A stretch of DNA of 24,325 bases from a virus (IMGVR_UViG_3300012352_000383:1-24325); one strand, 5' to 3'. Positions 8,221 to 16,794 are shown, counted from the stretch's first letter. The notes: generated from the letters alone by a model not told the origin. Translations and numbers: made by a program.

Positions 8221-10362
8221 ATGGAAATGCAAGCAACTGACCTTTCAGCTCGTCTGCTAGCAACTGAGAACTTAACAGTTGTTCGTTCAAACGTTCCTAC
8301 TGCATCGTTTGACATTAAATCACGTGTACTTACTCTTCCAATGTGGAAAGAGATGACCCCAGAAATCGAAGATATGCTCGTGGGTCACGAAGTTGGTCAC
8401 GCTCTTTATACCTTGGATAAGTACATCAAACCAATCCAAGATAATCCAAAACTTAAATCTTATATGAACATTCTCGAAGATGTTCGTATTGAGAAACTTA
8501 TCAAACGCAAGTATCCTGGTCTGCGTAAACGCATGAATGAGGGATACAAACAACTAAACGATAAAGACTTCTTTGGTATTTCCAAAGTTCCTTCGCTTCA
8601 AGCACTTAACTTGATTGACCGCATCAACTTGTATTTCAAAGCAGGTTTTCAATGTGGTGTTACTTTCTCGGCTGATGAAAAAGAATTCGTCAACCGTGCT
8701 GAACGCACTGAAACTATCGATGAGGTTATTACCCTTGCCCAAGATATCTACACTTATGCTAAAGAGCAAGCAGAGAAACGCAAGCAACAGCGTATTGATG
8801 CAGGTGAAGATGTTAGTGACGAAGAAGATGAAGATCCTATTTACACTGACTTAGACCTTGACCTTGACGGTGATGAATGGGAAGAACAAGACGCAGAAGA
8901 AACTGATGAATCAGAAAAATCTGCAACTGGTAAAGGTGCAGGCTCTGAAGAAACTGAAGATGAACTTGAGTCTGTTACTGAACGTGCATTCCAACAACGT
9001 CTTGAAGATTTGGCTGATCAAACTACTGTATATCAGTATCATAAAATCGAATCACTTCCTTACGATGTTATTGTTGGATACAAAAAAGTTTTGCAAGACT
9101 TGAGTTTTGACTTCAATGATCACCTTAGCACTTACTACACCAGTCGTGTTTATGGTACTTTGTCTGAAGACGAATATAATCGTTCTGTTCTAGAAAAAGT
9201 TTCTAAATTCAAATCTGACTCTTTGAGTTCAGTTAACTACTTGATCAAAGAATTTGAAATGAAGAAGTCTGCTCAACTGTATAAGCGTGCTCAGGTTTCT
9301 AAGATTGGTTCTTTAGATATGCGTAAAGTATATGCTTACCAATTACAAGACGATTTGTTTAAGCGTGTAACTACTATTCCACAGGGTAAAAACCATGGAA
9401 TGGTTATGTTGATCGATTGGTCAGGTTCTATGTCTGATGTTATCATGGACACAATTAAACAGGTTATCAACCTTGCTATGTTCTGTAACAAGGCTCAGAT
9501 TCCTTATCGTGTGTTTGCTTTCACTAGTCAATACAACGATCGTCCAGACGAGTATGAAGCCTTGCGTGAGAAACGCAATGGTTATATGCGTCAACTTCGT
9601 GACCGTATTGCTGCGAACCCTCAAGATTCTGTTGTTGATGGTAGTGGTTTTAATCTGCTTGAATTGTTCAGCAACAAAATGTCAACTACTGAATTCAACA
9701 GTATGATTAAGAAGTTGCTTGACCCACGTGTATTCTGGCACAAAGGTTACGACCTTGGCGGTACACCATTGAATGAAGCATTGATTTGGGTTTACAATAA
9801 CATCGGCGATTATATGAAGAATAATCGTATTGAGAAAATGAACCTGATTACCCTTTCTGATGGTGCAGGTGGTAGCGTTGGTGCTTCTGGTGGTATCAGT
9901 CGTTATAGTTATGGTAACAAAATCAAACACTTAGTTCGTGACACTGTTACTAAGAAGACATATCCTTTTGATTATGACTCTACTCAACAATCTGAAACTC
10001 TGTTGAAGATGATTAAAGACCGTTACAATATTCGCACGATTGGTTTCTATATTTGCCCAAATCGTCGTCGCACTTTGGAATGTGCTTTGCGTGATAACTT
10101 GTATGATTACAAAGGTAATTCTAATTTGGTTATTGATGAAATGCGCAAGTCATTCCGTGATAATGGTTTCTATTCTATGCGTGGTACTGGTCGTGATGAT
10201 TTGTTTATTGTACCAGCTGAGAAGACTGCAATTAATGAAGGTGAGTTGGAAGTTTCCAGCGATATGTCTTCTCGTAAACTTGCCAACAGCCTTGGTAAGT
10301 TCTTGAATACGAAGAAAACTTCTCGTGTTTTATTGAGCCGTTTCATCAACTATGTGGCTTAA
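8221..10362 (+). CDS. Metallopeptidase-like (HExxH) plus VWA domain protein (CobT-like partner of MoxR ATPase)
   Basis: HEVGH, NILEDVRIE, an acidic linker, MIDAS motif DWSGS, GGTPL and LSDG. Confidence 0.85.
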   Translation: MEMQATDLSARLLATENLTVVRSNVPTASFDIKSRVLTLPMWKEMTPEIEDMLVGHEVGHALYTLDKYIKPIQDNPKLKSYMNILEDVRIEKLIKRKYPGLRKRMNEGYKQLNDKDFFGISKVPSLQALNLIDRINLYFKAGFQCGVTFSADEKEFVNRAERTETIDEVITLAQDIYTYAKEQAEKRKQQRIDAGEDVSDEEDEDPIYTDLDLDLDGDEWEEQDAEETDESEKSATGKGAGSEETEDELESVTERAFQQRLEDLADQTTVYQYHKIESLPYDVIVGYKKVLQDLSFDFNDHLSTYYTSRVYGTLSEDEYNRSVLEKVSKFKSDSLSSVNYLIKEFEMKKSAQLYKRAQVSKIGSLDMRKVYAYQLQDDLFKRVTTIPQGKNHGMVMLIDWSGSMSDVIMDTIKQVINLAMFCNKAQIPYRVFAFTSQYNDRPDEYEALREKRNGYMRQLRDRIAANPQDSVVDGSGFNLLELFSNKMSTTEFNSMIKKLLDPRVFWHKGYDLGGTPLNEALIWVYNNIGDYMKNNRIEKMNLITLSDGAGGSVGASGGISRYSYGNKIKHLVRDTVTKKTYPFDYDSTQQSETLLKMIKDRYNIRTIGFYICPNRRRTLECALRDNLYDYKGNSNLVIDEMRKSFRDNGFYSMRGTGRDDLFIVPAEKTAINEGELEVSSDMSSRKLANSLGKFLNTKKTSRVLLSRFINYVA

Positions 10363-10402
10363 ACCCTGTGGGAGCCTTGCTCCCAGGGCTGAAAAATAAT
10401 GC

Positions 10403-10431
10403 TTGACTTTTATTGGAAATTCAGGCATAAT
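10403..10431 (+). promoter_or_regulatory. Early sigma70-like promoter
   Basis: atgc-TTGACT-N17-CATAAT, followed by the same ttatagattgat as the 8002 promoter. Confidence 0.85.
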
Positions 10432-10476
10432 TCTATTATAGATTGATGATGTTGTACTTTTATTATGGAGAATGTG

Positions 10477-11619
10477 ATGAGTAAAAAAGCCGAGTTCCGT
10501 GAACAGTTCGATGCCAAACTGCAAGAAATGTTCCCCGATACCTTTACTGATGGTGTCGTATCACGTAAACAAATTGACGAAGTCCGTGCTGCCCTAGCCA
10601 CTAAATCGTACCCTGTGTGGCATATGGAGAACCGTGTAGGTCGTGGTTTGTATGCTATTTCTGGTGGTCAAAAATCTAATGCTGTTTTGAAGGAAGAACC
10701 TGTGCAATCGTTTGAAGTTGATTATACAAACACTGAATCTCTTATCCCTAAGAAAGATTCCAACTTTGTTCCATTCGGTAACTTTACCGATCTTGAGAAC
10801 ATTATCAAATCTCAAATCTTTTACCCTGCTTACATCAGTGGTCCAACTGGTAATGGTAAGTCAACTATGGTAGAACAGATTTGTGCCAAACATAAACGTC
10901 CTTTGATTCGTGTTAACCTTAACATGATGACTGACGAAGAACAACTTATCGGCTCTAAGACTTTGGAGAATGGTAACGTTGAAATTATTGAAGGACCAGT
11001 CCTTATCGCTATGCGCACTGGTACGACTCTATTGCTTGACGAGATTGATGCAGGTGCCGCAAACACTTTGCTTTGCTTGCAACCAATCCTTGAAGGTAAA
11101 CCTTACTATTTCAAGTTGAAGAACGAAATGATTATTCCTGCTAAGGGTTTCAACGTTATCGCAACTGCAAACACCAAAGGTAAAGGTTCAGACGATGGTC
11201 GTTATATTGGTACCAACATTCTGAACGAAGCATTCCTTGAGCGTTTTGCAGTGACGTTCAACCAAGAATATCCTTCAGCTAAGATTGAATCTAAGATCGT
11301 TCAAAACCTTATGACTTCATACGACTGCCTTGACGTTGATTTCGCTGAGAACCTAGTCAAGTGGGCTGATGCAATTCGTAAGACTTTTGACGATGGTGGT
11401 GTTGACGAAACGATTACAACTCGTCGTATGACCCATATCGTTCGTGCATATGCAATCTTCAAGAATCAGACTAAAGCAATTGAACTTTGCTGCAACCGAT
11501 TCGATACTGCAACGAAGACTGCATTTATCGACTTGTACGATAAGATTGCAAATCCGCAACCTGAAGTTGCAGTAGAACAGCCTGTAGAACCTAATCCTAC
11601 AGACGAAGTTCCGTTCTAA
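10477..11619 (+). CDS. MoxR/CobS-like AAA+ ATPase
   Basis: GPTGNGKS, LLLDEID, ATANTKGKGSDDGRY and NEAFLERF motifs. The start is likely ATG 10477 after GGAG. Confidence 0.9.
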   Translation: MSKKAEFREQFDAKLQEMFPDTFTDGVVSRKQIDEVRAALATKSYPVWHMENRVGRGLYAISGGQKSNAVLKEEPVQSFEVDYTNTESLIPKKDSNFVPFGNFTDLENIIKSQIFYPAYISGPTGNGKSTMVEQICAKHKRPLIRVNLNMMTDEEQLIGSKTLENGNVEIIEGPVLIAMRTGTTLLLDEIDAGAANTLLCLQPILEGKPYYFKLKNEMIIPAKGFNVIATANTKGKGSDDGRYIGTNILNEAFLERFAVTFNQEYPSAKIESKIVQNLMTSYDCLDVDFAENLVKWADAIRKTFDDGGVDETITTRRMTHIVRAYAIFKNQTKAIELCCNRFDTATKTAFIDLYDKIANPQPEVAVEQPVEPNPTDEVPF

Positions 11620-11627
11620 AATAATGC

Positions 11628-11656
11628 TTGACTTTAATTCCATATTAGGGTATAAT
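11628..11656 (+). promoter_or_regulatory. Early sigma70-like promoter
   Basis: ataatgc-TTGACT-N17-TATAAT. Confidence 0.88.
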
Positions 11657-11710
11657 TCTAGTATGGAATTGGAAGTTCCATCTTTGTGAAACTACTGAAA
11701 GGTATATATT

Positions 11711-12217
11711 ATGTTGAAGTTCTCTACTCTTACTCTCGCTCAGAAGCGTTTTGTTGTCGCAGCTATTGAATCCAATGCTGCTTATAAGAAAAATCCTCAG
11801 ATTACTCTGAAGGAATGTTCAGCCTTGTACGATGCCATCCGTGCAACTCGTTCAGGTTCTAAAGGTGAAAAGATCGGTTATCCTAACTGGTTGTTCGCTA
11901 ACAACAAAATTGAGCGTGGTGTTTATCAATTGCCGATCCCTACTGACGCAGAATTGTCTAAGTATCAGCAAGATCTAGATGCCAAACTTAACCCTGTTAA
12001 GAAAGCCAAAGCCAAAGTTGCCAAACTGCAGCAAGCCAAGGTTATTAAGACTAAGCCTGTGAAGGCTCAGAAGGTTGCCCCTGTTGTAACCGAGGACGAA
12101 AGTGAAGTTGAAATCAGTGGTTCACGTTTGAACCGTATTATTGCCGAATCTGAACCCTTTGACACTGACGTTGAAGACTTCAATCAGATTCTTCGCGAAA
12201 ACGGCATCGAAGTTTAA
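11711..12217 (+). CDS. Hypothetical early protein, Lys/Ala-rich middle and acidic tail (possible DNA-binding)
   Basis: 168-aa ORF with an AAGG SD downstream of a promoter. Confidence 0.8.
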   Translation: MLKFSTLTLAQKRFVVAAIESNAAYKKNPQITLKECSALYDAIRATRSGSKGEKIGYPNWLFANNKIERGVYQLPIPTDAELSKYQQDLDAKLNPVKKAKAKVAKLQQAKVIKTKPVKAQKVAPVVTEDESEVEISGSRLNRIIAESEPFDTDVEDFNQILRENGIEV

Positions 12218-12223
12218 TTCAAC

Positions 12224-12274
12224 AACCGTGTAGGTAACACCATCGCCTACACGGTTTCATTTCGTCATGATGGT
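12224..12274 (+). ncRNA. Predicted cis-regulatory H-type pseudoknot
   Basis: 11-bp stem aaccgtgtagg/cctacacggtt. Loop accatc (12239-44) is complementary to gatggt (12269-74). Confidence 0.6.
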
Positions 12275-12292
12275 ATATTATGGAGGACATTT

Positions 12293-12550
12293 ATGTCAAA
12301 GCATGCTAAACTACTAAACCACCTCAACGCAGGTAATGAAGTTACAGCAAAGCAAATTGAGGGTTACTTTGGTTTGAAGAGCCCATCACGTGCTATCAAC
12401 TATCTCCGTGAGCAAGGCAATTGCGTTTATGCAAATAAAGCAACCTTGTCTGACGGCACTCAAACTACTAAGTATCGCATTGGTCGTCCAAGCAAGCGTA
12501 TGGTTGCTGCTGCTAATGCAATTCTTGGTGCTCAAGCGTTCAGTGGTTAA
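12293..12550 (+). CDS. Small winged-HTH-like protein
   Basis: GGAGG SD; LLNHLNAGNEVTAKQI...SPSRAINYLREQGNCVY...TKYRIG pattern. Confidence 0.75.
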   Translation: MSKHAKLLNHLNAGNEVTAKQIEGYFGLKSPSRAINYLREQGNCVYANKATLSDGTQTTKYRIGRPSKRMVAAANAILGAQAFSG

Positions 12551-12607
12551 TTGAACTGCTAATGGGTATTCCTAGAGTACCCATTGTTGGTTTTGTTAGG
12601 AGATATT

Positions 12608-12907
12608 ATGACCGCTGATGGTAGAAAGTTTGATGGTGGTAAACTAGAATATGGATTGGTTCCACCTTTAGCATTAAAAGAAATGGTCAAAGTTCTCACG
12701 TTTGGTGCTCAAAAGTACGATCGTGATAACTGGCAAAAAGTTCCTGAATCCAAGCGTAGATATTTTGATGCAATGCAACGTCATGTATGGGCATGGAAAG
12801 AGGGAGAAGAAGTTGACCCCGAGTCTGGTATTCATCATCTAGCACACGCAATGTGTTGTTTGTTCTTTTTATATGAACATGATGTAAAATATTCTAAGGA
12901 TGTATAA
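12608..12907 (+). CDS. dATP/dGTP diphosphohydrolase-domain protein (DUF5664-like)
   Basis: GRKFDGGKLEYGLVP, TFGAQKYDRDNW and DPESGIHHLAHA motifs. Start at ATG 12608 after AGGAG. Confidence 0.85.
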   Translation: MTADGRKFDGGKLEYGLVPPLALKEMVKVLTFGAQKYDRDNWQKVPESKRRYFDAMQRHVWAWKEGEEVDPESGIHHLAHAMCCLFFLYEHDVKYSKDV

Positions 12908-13083
12908 TGTTTAAAATGAGTTTATCTTTTATTTTCTTGTTTGTCATCTTTTACACTGGCATTGAAATTGTTCGTAAGATGACTGGACAAGAAAGATGGG
13001 AAGCTGCTAAAACATTCTCATATAGTTTAGCTCTTTCGATATTCGTTATTGCTTGTTTGGTTTCCCTCGTTGTTTTATTTTAA
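12907..13083 (+). CDS. Small two-TM membrane protein (58 aa), not in ORF track
   Basis: TAATG overlap with the upstream gene; MFKMSLSFIFLFVIFYTGIEIVRKMTGQERWEAAKTFSYSLALSIFVIACLVSLVVLF*. Confidence 0.8.
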   Translation: MFKMSLSFIFLFVIFYTGIEIVRKMTGQERWEAAKTFSYSLALSIFVIACLVSLVVLF

Positions 13084-13092
13084 GGATTAATT

Positions 13093-13890
13093 ATGAAATC
13101 ATTTTTGAAAATCTCTGCTCTGGTTGCAGCAGTTACTCTGGCTACTGGTTGTACTCGCATTGAGACTGGTGAAGTTGGTGTACGTGTTGGATTTGACAAA
13201 CAGGTTAAACCAGGAGAACTGCTTCCTGGATCATTTAACCAAGTATTGATTGGTGATGTTTTGACATTCCCTGTTAAAGATGTTAATGTCAAATTGGAAG
13301 ACATGACACCTGTTGCCAAAGATAACAGCACAATGAAAGACTTTGACGCAGTTGTTATCTATAATATTAATCAAGCCCAAGTTGCTGAGTTGTATAGTCA
13401 AAAAAGCCAAGCGTTTCACGCTAAACATAATGGCGACATCTACCTGATGTACAACTACATTGTACAAGCAGCCCGCAATGCTATCTACAAAGAAGCACGC
13501 AAGTATGAAGCGTTGGATATGGCAGACAACCGTCAACAAATGGAGCAGGCTATTCGAGAGCAGATTCAAAAGAGTCTAGCTGAAGAAAAACTAGATGGTA
13601 GTTTGGTCGTTGGACAAGTCTTAATTCGTAACATTGTACCAGCCGATTCTGTTGTTGAAAGTGCCAATGCTTTAGTTCGTGCTAAGAATGAATTCAAACA
13701 GAAAGAAGTAGAAGTGCAGACTGCCAAGAAAGAAGCAGAACGTATGGCAGCACTGGCAAATAACTCTGCAAGTTCTATTGCGTTTATGAACGCTCAAGCT
13801 GCACTAAACATCTCTGAAGGTATTAAGAATGGTAAGGTTCAAACTATTGTTGTCCCTGCTAACTTTAATGCACTGATGATGCAGAAATAA
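13093..13890 (+). CDS. SPFH/band 7 (prohibitin-like) protein, possible lipoprotein
   Basis: Signal-like N-terminus ending LATGC, followed by RIETGEVGV, and a C-terminal coiled coil (EVQTAKKEAERM). Confidence 0.85.
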   Translation: MKSFLKISALVAAVTLATGCTRIETGEVGVRVGFDKQVKPGELLPGSFNQVLIGDVLTFPVKDVNVKLEDMTPVAKDNSTMKDFDAVVIYNINQAQVAELYSQKSQAFHAKHNGDIYLMYNYIVQAARNAIYKEARKYEALDMADNRQQMEQAIREQIQKSLAEEKLDGSLVVGQVLIRNIVPADSVVESANALVRAKNEFKQKEVEVQTAKKEAERMAALANNSASSIAFMNAQAALNISEGIKNGKVQTIVVPANFNALMMQK

Positions 13891-13892
13891 AT

Positions 13893-13921
13893 TTGATATT
13901 TAATCAAAAACACGCTATAAT
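13893..13921 (+). promoter_or_regulatory. Sigma70-like promoter for gp45
   Basis: TTGATA-N17-TATAAT. Confidence 0.75.
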
Positions 13922-13960
13922 TGCGATATATATTAATGAACCTTTTGACTAGGAGAAACA

Positions 13961-14626
13961 ATGAAACTAAGTAAAGACACCCTTGCACTTTTTAAAAACT
14001 ATGCTGGTATTAATAGCAACTTGCTTTTGAAACAAGGTAATAAATTGGCTACAATCAGTTCACAAAAGAATGTTATGTCTGATGTAACTGTGAATGAGTC
14101 ATTCCCTGTAGACTTTGGTATCTACGACCTTAATGAATTCCTTGGCGCAATGTCGATCTTTGAAGATCCTGAATTGACCTTTGAAGATAAAGTTTGTAAG
14201 ATTACTCAAGGTAACATGAGCATCAAATACTTTGCAGCTGATGCATCTGTTTTGACTGCACCCTCTAAGAGCATTACATTCCCTGAAGCTGAGATTAACT
14301 TTGAGTTGTCTAATCAGATGCTCACTATGATCCAACGTACAGCCTCTGTATTGAAATCATCTGACGTATCTATCGTTGGTGCTGATGGTAAGATTACTGT
14401 CTTGGTTGGTGATAAGAAAAACTCTACTGGTAACTCTTTCAGTGAACCTGTTGGTACAACTGATAAGTCATTCAAGGTAAACTTGAAGGTTGAAAACCTT
14501 AAGATGATTCCTGGCGATTATACCGTCAGTGTATCTAGCAAGAAAATCTCTCGCTTCAAGTCTTCAACGACTGGCGATTTAGTTTATTATGTAGCAGTAG
14601 AAGCTGACTCCACCTTCGACTTCTAA
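13961..14626 (+). CDS. gp45: DNA polymerase sliding clamp gp45
   Basis: MKLSKDTLALFKNYAGIN, FGIYDLNEFL, ENLKMIPGDY and YYVAVEADS motifs. Confidence 0.96.
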   Translation: MKLSKDTLALFKNYAGINSNLLLKQGNKLATISSQKNVMSDVTVNESFPVDFGIYDLNEFLGAMSIFEDPELTFEDKVCKITQGNMSIKYFAADASVLTAPSKSITFPEAEINFELSNQMLTMIQRTASVLKSSDVSIVGADGKITVLVGDKKNSTGNSFSEPVGTTDKSFKVNLKVENLKMIPGDYTVSVSSKKISRFKSSTTGDLVYYVAVEADSTFDF

Positions 14627-14641
14627 ATTGTTGTGATGTTT

Positions 14642-14670
14642 GGGGAGTTGGGTAACCACTCCCCTTTTTT
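14642..14670 (+). terminator. Terminator/attenuator between gp45 and gp44
   Basis: ggggagt-tgggtaacc-actcccc followed by T6. Confidence 0.8.
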
Positions 14671-14688
14671 CTTTATTATGGAGTTATT

Positions 14689-15642
14689 ATGATTGATGCG
14701 CAAAAAGACCAATTTCTTTGGGTAGAAAAATATCGCCCACAAACTATCGATGAGTGTATTCTTCCAGAGTCTATGAAGACTACATTCAAGCAATATATTG
14801 AGCAGGGTGAACTCCCTACTTTCCTATTCAGCGGTTCAGCTGGTGTAGGTAAAACAACAGTCGCTAAAGCACTATGTCAAGAAGTTGGTGCTGACTGGAT
14901 TATGATTAACGGTTCTGACGAGGGTCGTCAGATTGATGTTCTTCGTAACAAGATTAAGAACTTTGCTTCTACAGTTTCTCTAACTGATGCCAAGAAAGTT
15001 GTTATTATTGACGAAGCAGATTATATGAACGCTGACTCCGTTCAACCTGCCCTTCGTTCTTTCATTGAAGAGTTCTCTAATAACTGCCGTTTTATCTTTA
15101 CATGTAACTTCAAACATCGTATTATTGAGCCACTTCGTTCACGTTGTGCTAATATCGAGTTCAAAGTTGATTCATCTGAGAAGCAACAAATCGCTGCAGC
15201 TTTCTTCAAACGTGTAAACCAAATTCTTAAAAACGAACAGGTTGAGTTTGATCCAAAAGTTGTTTCTGAACTTATCATTAAACACTTCCCAGACTACCGT
15301 CGTGTTCTAAACGAACTACAACGTTACTCTGTTACAGGTAAAATTGATACAGGTATCTTCGTAAACCTAGCTGAAGAATCTTACAGAGAACTTTATAAGC
15401 ACCTCAAAGATCGTAACTTCACTGAAGTCCGTAAGTGGGTCGCTAAAAACTCTGATGCCGACACACCTGTATTGTTTAAAGAACTTTACGATAACGCAGG
15501 TACATTCCTTGACCAATCTACGATTCATAATCTAATTCTTATCCTTGCTGACTATCAATATAAGGCAGCATTCGTAGCCGATCATGAATTAAACATCATG
15601 GCTGCTCTTACAGAGATTATGATTCAATGTAAATTCAAGTGA
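14689..15642 (+). CDS. gp44: Clamp loader large subunit gp44
   Basis: LWVEKYRPQTIDECILP, GSAGVGKT, IIDEAD, LRSRC and FPDYRR motifs. Confidence 0.97.
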   Translation: MIDAQKDQFLWVEKYRPQTIDECILPESMKTTFKQYIEQGELPTFLFSGSAGVGKTTVAKALCQEVGADWIMINGSDEGRQIDVLRNKIKNFASTVSLTDAKKVVIIDEADYMNADSVQPALRSFIEEFSNNCRFIFTCNFKHRIIEPLRSRCANIEFKVDSSEKQQIAAAFFKRVNQILKNEQVEFDPKVVSELIIKHFPDYRRVLNELQRYSVTGKIDTGIFVNLAEESYRELYKHLKDRNFTEVRKWVAKNSDADTPVLFKELYDNAGTFLDQSTIHNLILILADYQYKAAFVADHELNIMAALTEIMIQCKFK

Positions 15643-15649
15643 GGGTAAA

Positions 15650-15988
15650 ATGGAATTCGTTATTCTATTCGGCGCAGTGATTGTTGGTGCATTTGCTGGA
15701 TGGCACCTTCGAGAACTTCACGCTATGCATAAAATTAAAGAACTCATTGCTCAAGCTGAAGAGATGGAAAATCTGGTTGAAGAACCAGAAGTTCAAAGAA
15801 CAAAGATGCGTCTAGAAAGATTCGGTGAAACTATCTATGCATATGAAGAGGATGGAACTTTTATTGCTCAGGGTAAAGACTTGAGTGAGTTGGATGATGC
15901 AATCCGTAAAAGATTCCCAGAGAAAAAGTTCTCGGTACAAGAGGATAATTTAAAAGAGATTGGTGCAAAATATCATGAGTCCGTTTGA
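15650..15988 (+). CDS. Hypothetical protein with N-terminal membrane anchor
   Basis: GAGG SD and hydrophobic residues 1-18; inserted between gp44 and gp62. Confidence 0.75.
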   Translation: MEFVILFGAVIVGAFAGWHLRELHAMHKIKELIAQAEEMENLVEEPEVQRTKMRLERFGETIYAYEEDGTFIAQGKDLSELDDAIRKRFPEKKFSVQEDNLKEIGAKYHESV

Positions 15989-16352
15989 TTTTATTAATGC
16001 CATCAATCAGACAAAAGAAAACCTATTTGTCGATCCGCAAGCAGCAAAGGATTATTCCCCTTTCCTAGTAAATAGGGGACTGTCGTATTTCCACGACACA
16101 GTTGTTCAAGCGAATACTATGAATCAGTATGCTTCTATTCCAAAAGAGTGGCAGTTTACATTTTTACTAAATAGTATTGCCAAGAAGAAAAGATTCAGCA
16201 AGTGGGCAAAAGCCGACAAAGCTACAGACTCTTTGCTTCTGGTTCAGGAATATTTCGGGTATTCCAGTGAAAAAGCTAAGGAAGCATTACGCATCCTTAC
16301 AGATGAACAATTGAAATGTATAGAACAAAAATTAAATAAAGGTGGAAAATAA
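15975..16352 (+). CDS. gp62: Clamp loader small subunit gp62
   Basis: MSPFDFINAINQTK, YSPFLVNRGLS, KKRFSKW and YFGYSSEKA motifs. Start at ATG 15975. Confidence 0.93.
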   Translation: MSPFDFINAINQTKENLFVDPQAAKDYSPFLVNRGLSYFHDTVVQANTMNQYASIPKEWQFTFLLNSIAKKKRFSKWAKADKATDSLLLVQEYFGYSSEKAKEALRILTDEQLKCIEQKLNKGGK

Positions 16353-16786
16353 TGACAGTAGAAATGATTTACTATGATTGGACACCCGATTCTATGCTAG
16401 AGGTTACTCTTGCTGAACCAGACAACTTCTTGAAGGTTCGTGAGACTCTAACACGTATCGGCATCGCATCTAAAAAAGATAATACGTTGTACCAATCTTG
16501 CCATATCCTACATAAACAGGGTAGGTATTTTATCGTTCATTTCAAAGAACTCTTTGCATTGGATGGTAAAGACTCGAATATCACTTCAGGTGATATTGAG
16601 CGTCGTAATGCTATCGCTGGTTTGCTTCAGGACTGGGATCTATTAAAAATAGTGAACGCCAGTAAAGCAGAACAGAAAGCATCATTGAGCCAGATTAAAG
16701 TTGTTTCTTTCAAAGAAAAGAATGACTGGAATTTGGTTGCAAAATATAATATTGGTAAAAAAGTTCGTCCAAGCGAGCAAAACTGA
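16352..16786 (+). CDS. regA: Translational repressor RegA
   Basis: FLKVRETLTRIGIAS, LYQSCHILHKQGRYFIVHFKELF and KYNIG motifs. Confidence 0.97.
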   Translation: MTVEMIYYDWTPDSMLEVTLAEPDNFLKVRETLTRIGIASKKDNTLYQSCHILHKQGRYFIVHFKELFALDGKDSNITSGDIERRNAIAGLLQDWDLLKIVNASKAEQKASLSQIKVVSFKEKNDWNLVAKYNIGKKVRPSEQN

Positions 16787-16794
16787 TATAAATA
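16787..16794 (+). promoter_or_regulatory. T4-type late promoter upstream of pqqA/hsp20
   Basis: Exact TATAAATA starting at the base after the regA stop. Confidence 0.75.

Noticed and set aside
8221-11619. cobS/cobT as cobalamin-synthesis auxiliary genes
   Set aside because: The motifs only support a generic MoxR AAA and VWA pair. The VWA protein has an extra peptidase-like domain and there is no cobN in the window.
12561-12585. Hairpin aatgggta...tacccatt after the HTH gene
   Set aside because: It is a real inverted repeat, but it has no clean U tract or other distinguishing feature, so it is not called as a terminator or novel RNA.
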